DNA from: Octopus vulgaris
Lineage: Eukaryota
NCBI GenBank assembly: GCA_951406725.2
Contig: OX597817.1
Span: 165,974,001-166,038,000, forward strand
Reading direction: 5' to 3'
Length of the DNA stretch: 64,000 bases
The notes beneath the pieces are model-generated. The model was given only the letters and a program-made list of their open reading frames with translations. It was not told the origin of the DNA and ran no database searches. Of this stretch, positions 56,044 through 64,000 are shown in pieces; the stretch's first letter is position 1, and the number at the start of each line of letters is the position of its first letter. Made by a program: the position numbers and the translations under genes.

Positions 56044-56584
56044 GCTTGCCTGTCTGTCTGCACAGCGGTCTCTCCGTCTATTTGTCTGTCTGCCTTCTTG
56101 TCTTTCTGTTTATACATTTTGTGTCTGTCTATCTAGGTAGCTTATCAGTCCTTTTCTTTCTCTTTCTCTTTCTCTCCCTCTCTCTCTGTCTATCTCTATC
56201 TTTTTAGATGTCTGTTTATCAATCTATCGCTTACGCTCTTTACCTTCTCACTCTGTATCTCTTTCTCTCTCCCTCCTGTCCCTCACTCTTCCGCCTCCCT
56301 ATCTTCCCTCTCTATCTGTATATATGTAGAGAGAGAGAGAAAGAGAGAGAGAAAGAGAGAGATAGAGGGGGAGAGAAAGAAGGAGATAGAGAGATAGATA
56401 GATGTTCATTTAACTGTCTTCCTTTTATCTGTTTAAGCCTGAATTACACTCGATTTCTTGCAATTTTCTCTCCATGCTGCTCGCTCTCCTCTTTCTTTAT
56501 CCCTCTTTCTCTTCACTCCCATCTCTCTCTATATATATACGCACACACACTCACACACATATATATATAATTATATATGTATAT

Positions 56585-56818
56585 AAGGCGGCGAGCTGGC
56601 AGAAACGTTAGCACGCCGGGCGAAATGCGTAGCCGTATTTCGTCTGCCGTTAAGTGTTCTGGGTTCAAATTCCGCCGAGGTCGACTTTGCCTTTTATCCT
56701 TTCGGGGTCGATAAATTAAGTACCAGTTACGCACTGGGGTCGATGTAATCGACTTAATCCCTTTGACTGTCCTTGTTTGTCCCCTCTATGTTTAGCCCCT
56801 TGTGGGTAGCAAAGAAAT
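56585..56818 (+). mobile_element. SINE family C monomer
   Basis: Matches the other copies. Confidence 0.9.
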
Positions 56819-56831
56819 ATATATATATTCT

Positions 56832-57150
56832 TAAGACCCCCTTCGGTCATGAGTGAAGTGACCATGGGTTTGCACCTAGAGAGTTACCCTCTGAGGCACA
56901 AGTCCGGGCAAGGTTGTTTATGGAAGGCCAGCAGTCGCCCATGCATACCAGCCTCCCCTCTCCACGCCACCAGTGTTATCCAAGGGAAAGACAAAGGTCG
57001 ATACAGCTTGGCACCTGTGACGTCGCAACTCATTTCTACAGCTGAGTGAACTGGAGCAACGTGAAATAAAGTGTCTTGCTCAAGAACACAACACGCAACC
57101 CGGTCCGGGATTCGAGCTCACAACCTCGCGATCGTAAGCTCGACGCTCTA
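56832..57150 (-). mobile_element. SINE with D-type head and a further distinct tail
   Basis: ttcttgagcaagacactttatttcacgttgctccagttcactcagctg shared with 18572; downstream sequence unrelated. Confidence 0.75.
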
Positions 57151-57172
57151 AATATATATATATATATATATA

Positions 57173-57218
<46 letters not shown>

Positions 57219-57669
57219 ATATAAATGTATACATATATATGTATGTATGTATGTATTATGTATGTATGTATGTATATGATTACATCACATCACGGCGACA
57301 CTAAAAAAAAATCTGCTTCTTGACAGGGTATACCATATAGTACATTTACATTAACACAATTCATACAATGCTACGAAGGCATGTGAAAAACATCTCATAT
57401 AAAATAATGTTCTGTTTAAGATATTTATATGCGTGTGTGTGTGCTCGCGTCGGTTTCTGTGTGTGGAAGTGTATGTGCGTTTATGTGTGTTTATGTGTGT
57501 ATATTTGTAAATATGCGTACTATACGATCGTCTTGTCACTTTTGAAGTGTGATTTTCTCGTGTCAAATATTTTCCTGGACACAAACACGTGCGCGCGCGC
57601 ACATATACACATACACGCACAATTCCCTCACACCATATAAATATACATATATTCTTATTTTGATGTGTG

Positions 57670-57852
57670 TGTGGCTGTGTGGTAAGTGGCTTGCTTACCA
57701 ATCACACGGTTCCGGGTTCAGTCCCACTGCGTGGCATGATGGGCAAATGTCTTCTGCTAGGGCCTCGGGCCGACTAAAGCCTTGCGATTGGGTTTGGTAG
57801 ACGGAAACTGAAAGAAGCCTGTCGTATATACTTATATATATATATATATATG

Positions 57853-57894
<42 letters not shown>

Positions 57895-58110
57895 TGTGTG
57901 TGCGTCAGTGTCTGTGCCACTAACATCGCTTGACAACCGATGCTGATGTGTTTACTTCCCCTTAATCTAACAGTTCGGCAAGAAAGACGGACAGAATATG
58001 TGCTAGGCTTCCTTCCAAAGAATAAGTCCTGGGGTCGATTTGCTCGACTAAAGGCGGTACTCCAGCATGACCGCAATCAAATGACTGAAACAAGTGAAAG
58101 AATAAAAGAA
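57670..58110 (+). mobile_element. SINE family B
   Basis: Matches the other copies. Confidence 0.85.
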
Positions 58111-58118
58111 TATATATA

Positions 58119-60240
58119 CAGGCATACCTCACCCTACGTCGTTAATTCGATTCGTTCCGGGAGACATGACATGAGTCGCAAAACGACTTAAGTCGAATTA
58201 TCTTGTCCCTAGGCTAGGCTAGGCCGAATTGATTTGTCTCTAAGCTAAACCAATAGTAACAATTCCCAGTTTTGTACTTTATTTATGAATGCATTTTCAA
58301 TAATACAGGGTTAATAAAAACCTATTTTAAGCTTACAAACAAATAATTTTTATTTTTTAATACAGTACAGTGAAACAAAAAAAGTAATCTAAATTTATGA
58401 ATACAATATGGCGGTGTTTACGTACATCGCGGACACTTTATTCATGAATGCGGTTTGCAATAAGACATAGTAAAAAAAAGCCTTTTTTTTAAGCTTAAAA
58501 AACAAATTCAGTAATTATTATTATTTTGCAATAGTAAAAAAAAAATTATTTTAAATTTACCAATACGTAAATACAATTTCGTGGTTTACACCGCGGATGT
58601 AGATGGCTATGGATCGTCAGCATCAACAGCTGACTCTGGGTGTTCTTTGAAGTGTCTTCTTTTCCTCAAGAATTACATTATAAGGAATAAAAGCTTCGTG
58701 ACAAGCTCCCATAATCTTGTATGATATATATATATATATATTATATTAGAGATAAAACCACTATTAGGCAAATCATACAATGAAAAACTCAAGCCAATAC
58801 ATAAGATTAATTAATTTATATTATTTTAAATATATCAAAATTATTTTTAATAATTTTGATATATTTAAAATAATATAAATTAATTAATCTTATGTATTGG
58901 CTTGAGTTTTTCATTGTAATAGTGGTTTTATCTCTAATTTAATATAATATAATATTTTATACTATAATATACTATAAAATTGGATTCAATCCTAAATCTG
59001 ATTTTTCCATGTAAGTTTGGATTTATTCCTTAATATTTTATTATATATATATATAAAGCATTTGGATCCATATCCTCGAAGACCTTTTTCGACATACGCA
59101 AATGATTGCTGCATTTTCTTAATGTTAAAGTGACATGGTTCAGGCTCGACTCCCTCTTCTGTATTTTGCTGCTTGAGAAGCTCTATCAAATCCTTGTTCA
59201 TCAGAATTTGCTTGTCTTTTCCAAAGGAATCTGTGAAATCCTCCTCCTCCAAATTCATTTCTGGTTCTTTGTTCTTAGTCACCAACGATTTGTTGATGGC
59301 AATATTATGAAACCCCTAAATTCACTCACGAATTATGGGCATAGCTTCTTCCATATAGCATTCATAGCTGTGCTCTGTACCTCATTCCATGCCGCTGTTA
59401 TGTTCTGTTACTGCCTTGTAGATATCGTATGTCTTCCAAAAGTCACGAAGTGTGATGGACTCATCAAGATCAGTTGCAGCTATTGCTTGCCGCAGCGTAC
59501 GCTTCATATAGTAACGCTTGAAGGGAGCAATTATTCCCTGGCCAATTGGTTGCAGAAGAGACGTAGTGTTCGGCGGGGGGGGGGGGATATACGACGGTAA
59601 CGTTGGAGTCAAAATCTACGATGTTTTGTAGGTAGCCAGGAGCACCAGACGCATTATCTAAGATAAGTAAAACCTTAAAAGCAATCCCCTTCTCAATTCA
59701 GTAGTTCTCTGCTGCATGGATAAATCTTCAAAAACAACAACAGTAAAGCATGCTTTTGAATTTGCCATCCATATAATAGGGAAAGATGCCTTGGGTATGT
59801 TCTTCAGGGTACGACGGTTGTGTGCATGATACACAAGCAATGGCTTTAATTTAAAACCTCCTGCACAATTATCTCCCAACATAATGGCCACACGTTCTTT
59901 TGAGACCTTGTAGCCTGGAATAGTTTTCTTCTCTTTAGAAATGAATGAACGGTCTGGCAATTTTTTCTAATACAATCCAGTTTCGTCTGCATTAAAAACC
60001 TGTTCGAGAAGAAACTCGTTTTCTTCGTTGATTTCCTTTAATGCATTAAGAAATTCCGTTGCTGCTTGTTCGACAGCTGATGCACTTTCACCTTGCTTCT
60101 TAATCAAGTGATAACTTCTTTGCTCCTTAAACGCCATGAACTATCCTTGACTTGCCTTGCTTTCTCATCTGGATATTTTTTTTTCTTCAGACCCTCAAAG
60201 AAAATGCTTTCTTGACTAATAGCCAAGAAAGATTTGACGG
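58119..60240 (-). mobile_element. Decayed Tigger/pogo DNA transposon (DDE transposase pseudogene)
   Basis: QVFNADETGL, KLKPLLVY, LDNA, PPNTTSLLQPIGQGII.FK motifs with stops and frameshifts; terminus ta|CAGGCATACCTC resembles the Tigger1 TIR. Confidence 0.9.
58745..58938. repeat. Perfect palindrome: 70-bp arms (58776-58845 / 58849-58918), 3-nt loop, plus ~20-bp outer arms
   Basis: Direct reading. Confidence 0.95.
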
Positions 60241-60870
60241 ATCTATTCTATCTCAATAACAGATTTTTAAAATATTTTTTTTTAACTAAACAGTTTCAAA
60301 CTTCGACTACTGGTAGAATTTCTCACGTAGAACACGGTTTACTCTGAACGTTTTTGAAAAAATGTGCATATATTTTAAAGTATATATATTTCAGGAGTTA
60401 TTTCGTGTTAAATATATTCTAGGAGTTATTTCGTGTTAAAGTTGTCGTATTTGGATAATTTCAACCAATCAACGACGTGTATTCGGATGAAGAGGGCTAC
60501 TGCTATTTGCGATAGCAATCGAAGAGGAACAACTTCTGGGTCATCTCTACTAAATATCACCATTCTGTTCTATTCGTACGTCGTGCGAAGATGATACCAC
60601 CTTTATCCTTTCTTCCTTTCTAGTCATCACTGTGCATTCCTTACTCTTTCCCGCCGTTCTGTACTATCAACTGGCAGCAAGCTTATATGATATATATAAG
60701 TATACATTTATAATATATATAAGTTTACATTTAGATATTTACGTTTGTTTCCCGCCAACGTTTGAGGGTTGGTGTTCCTGGGTTTACGTACGCGTGGCTT
60801 AGAGGTTCGGCAAAAAAGACGACCATAAAATAAGGGTGGATACAAGTAAAATGATAAGATATTATATATA

Positions 60871-60912
<42 letters not shown>

Positions 60913-61455
60913 TGGTTGGGTGTATATATATATTTATATATATATATACTATAATTAATGCATTGTAAATGTACGCTGTATATGTTTCTATGTATGTTTG
61001 TGTGTGTGTGAGTGTGTGCGTGTGTATATATGTCCTTTCAAAGTCATTTCACCGAAGCAAAATTGAACTGAGTGACCGAATTATATTTGTGAATCCTCAA
61101 ATGTTTACACTTAACAAACACACATACACACACATATTATACACATATATATACACACATATATATATCTACTGTATATATATATATATATACATATGCA
61201 TGCGCACATATACATGTACGCATATAATTATATACATATACATATATGCATATATATATATATATATATATTTATATACATGCATATATATACACATATA
61301 TATGTTTATATGCATATATGTATACAAATATATACTTATATATATATATGTATGTATGTATGAATTTATGTATGTGTCAACGTATATGTTAGTATATAAA
61401 TATATAGATATGACTAGAAATTTTTTAATGTTTGTATGAATACATACTTAAAGGC

Positions 61456-61490
<35 letters not shown>

Positions 61491-61882
61491 CGTGCGCGTG
61501 TGCATGTAAACATATATATGTGTGTGTATATATATATGTACATATGCATGCATGTATCAATATATGCATGTATGTATGTATGTGTGTATGTATGTATGTA
61601 TGTATGTATGCGTTTGTTAATGTGTGAGGCGAACTGCCTAGTGCCCAGCTGGTTGCAACATTTCATACATAGGTCGTGATGGGTGACGAAAATAAATTAA
61701 ATTCAAAAGTTAACCAGTGTGTAGCGTCATCTGATGTTTAGTGGTGTTGAAATATGATAACCTATTGTGTGGTGACTTGTGTTGACAGAGGACAGGTCTC
61801 TCTATGCTTTGCTCTGTCTTACTCTGTCTTAGACATCCCGTCACCCTCTCCCTTCTCTCTACAATCCTGTGTCGTAATCTGT

Positions 61883-61976
<94 letters not shown>

Positions 61977-62234
61977 GTTTGTCTGTCTGGCTATCTGTCT
62001 ACATATCTATCTGTCTGTCTATATGAATATATGTATGGATAGATGTCTACCTATCTGTCTACTTATTTCTCTGTCTCTCTATGTGTCTGTTTAAGAATAT
62101 CCTGGTTTTAAATTGCGAATTTCTCCCCGGCAGTTTCTGCTCTAGGTGCATGGTTCTTTTATTGGGATTATCCGTGGGTATGTATGTACATATTTTGTAT
62201 TTATAAATGCTCTCGTTTACCCATGTACGCATTT

Positions 62235-62279
<45 letters not shown>

Positions 62280-62649
62280 CAGATAGATACATACATACAT
62301 ACATACATACATACATACATACATACATACATACATACATACATACATACATACATACATACATACATACATACATACATACATACATACATACATACAT
62401 ACATACATACATACATACATACATACATGCATGTATATATACATATATTTATATCAGTAATAATATAGGGTGAAATTAATTAATTTGGAATAATCATTAA
62501 TTTCACCAAGTAGATTTCGGCATGTAAAAGGAGGAAAGTTTAAGTAATACTAAGTAATTAAGGGTTTAGCAACGATTTGCCTCACCACACACCGAGTTTA
62601 GAAATAGCAGTCAAAGAGTTATAGCTATTCTTTCTACTAAAAGGGAGAT

Positions 62650-64000
62650 CTCGAGATCTCCCAGGAATGACACGATGCGAACGAGGACAGGCGAGGTCCC
62701 TCTTGAACCTAATCAACACTCTGTACATGGAGCAAGTAATACTCCAACCAACCAGGGCAGGTAGCATACTGGATCTCTGCTTCACAAATAATATGGATCT
62801 CATCCATAATGTGAAAGTGACACCGACACTACTCTCGGATCACAACATGGTAGAGCTGACCATGTACGGGCCAAAGGAAAGCATGGACATGCAGCCTACA
62901 AGAAACTCTCAGAATCTTTCCAGCTTGAACTTCCATAAGGCAAACTGGAAACAAATTGAGAAAGAGATCCTCAAACAAAACTAGCCTGAATGTCTCTCCT
63001 CGCCAGACATCGACATGAAAATTCAACAATTCATGTCTGTAATGCAAGCCATATGCTACAAATGTGTCCCAGAGAGAAAGGCCACTGTACACAAGAACAA
63101 AATCCCCAGAGAGAGGAAAATTCTAATGAGACGGCGTACAAAAGTTTCAAATCGCCTAAACAAGCAAATTGAAAGCAGTGAAAAGTCCCGCCTGAAAATA
63201 AAACTGTTGGAAATTGAAAATTTTCTGGAACTCTCCCATGAAAACGAAAGAGCAGACAAAGAAGCCTGGGCTATAGACAACATAAAATCTAACCCCAGAG
63301 CTTTCTACAGGTATGCCAAAGAAACAGCTACGGTGCACTGTAGGATATTGCCACTCCTTGAAAAGGATGGCACACTCACAGGAAATCCAATGAGGATAAG
63401 TGAAATACTAAATGAGCAATTCAAGAGTATTTTCATTCCACCCCTAGGGCATTTCCAAGTCAGCAATCCAACTGACTTCTTTACCACTGCAGATATAAAA
63501 TCAGAGGCAGCGATGATTGATTACATCAATATAAAGGAAGACGATGTAATAAAGGCGATAGCTGACATGAAAACAAACTCAGCTACTGGCCCCGATGGAT
63601 TCCCAGCAGTCCTTCTAAAAGTATGTAAGAGAGTCCTAGCAAGACCACTTTCAGAGCTTCCTTGCAACTGGCAAACTTCCAAGAAAACTGAAGGAAGGTA
63701 AAATATGCCCTATTCATAAAGGAGGTAGCAGAGCAGAGGCCAAGAACTACAGACCTATCTCTCTGACCTCACACATCAGCAAGGTCATGGAACGAATAGT
63801 CAGAAGGAAACTAATCACCTTCCTTGAAGAAAATGACTTGCTGCCTGACACCCAACATGGTTTCCGACTAGGAAGAAGCTGCTTAACTCAACTCCTACAA
63901 CACTATGACTGGGTGCTGAAACGACTGCTCAACCACTCAAATGTGGAAGTCATATATCTCGACTTTGCAAAGGCCTTTGATAAAGTCGATCATGGAATGA
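62650..64000 (+). mobile_element. CR1-type LINE ORF2 (APE C-terminus and start of RT), disrupted; continues past the window end
   Basis: PTRAGSILDL..SDH; KSNPRAFYRY; GPDG; NYRPISLTSHISKVMER; QHGFR.GRSC; YLDFAKAFDKVDH; stop at ~62982, frameshift at ~63650. Confidence 0.93.

Overview
Eukaryotic, AT-rich, repeat-saturated DNA. The SINE families and the (TA)n/(CA)n/(TACA)n/(ATT)n density point to an octopus (coleoid cephalopod) genome; this is recognition, not a database result. Almost every ORF in the supplied track is a microsatellite translation. Real coding remnants are all transposon-derived: a CR1-type LINE (62.6-64 kb), a Tigger/pogo transposase (58.1-60.2 kb), an R4/Dong RLE fragment (34.8-35.2 kb) and decayed LINE 3' ends. 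There are also tRNA-derived SINEs, two complete non-autonomous Helitrons, several MITEs and a 107-bp satellite inside a ~2 kb tandem duplication. One likely host exon carrying a start codon lies on the minus strand (8104-8251). Points most worth following up: (1) several unrelated Penelope/retrozyme-style hammerhead-ribozyme motifs; (2) SINEs with swapped head and tail modules, and SINE multimers that inserted as single TSD-flanked units; (3) long fold-backs and inverted duplications. All coordinates were read by eye and may be off by a few bases.
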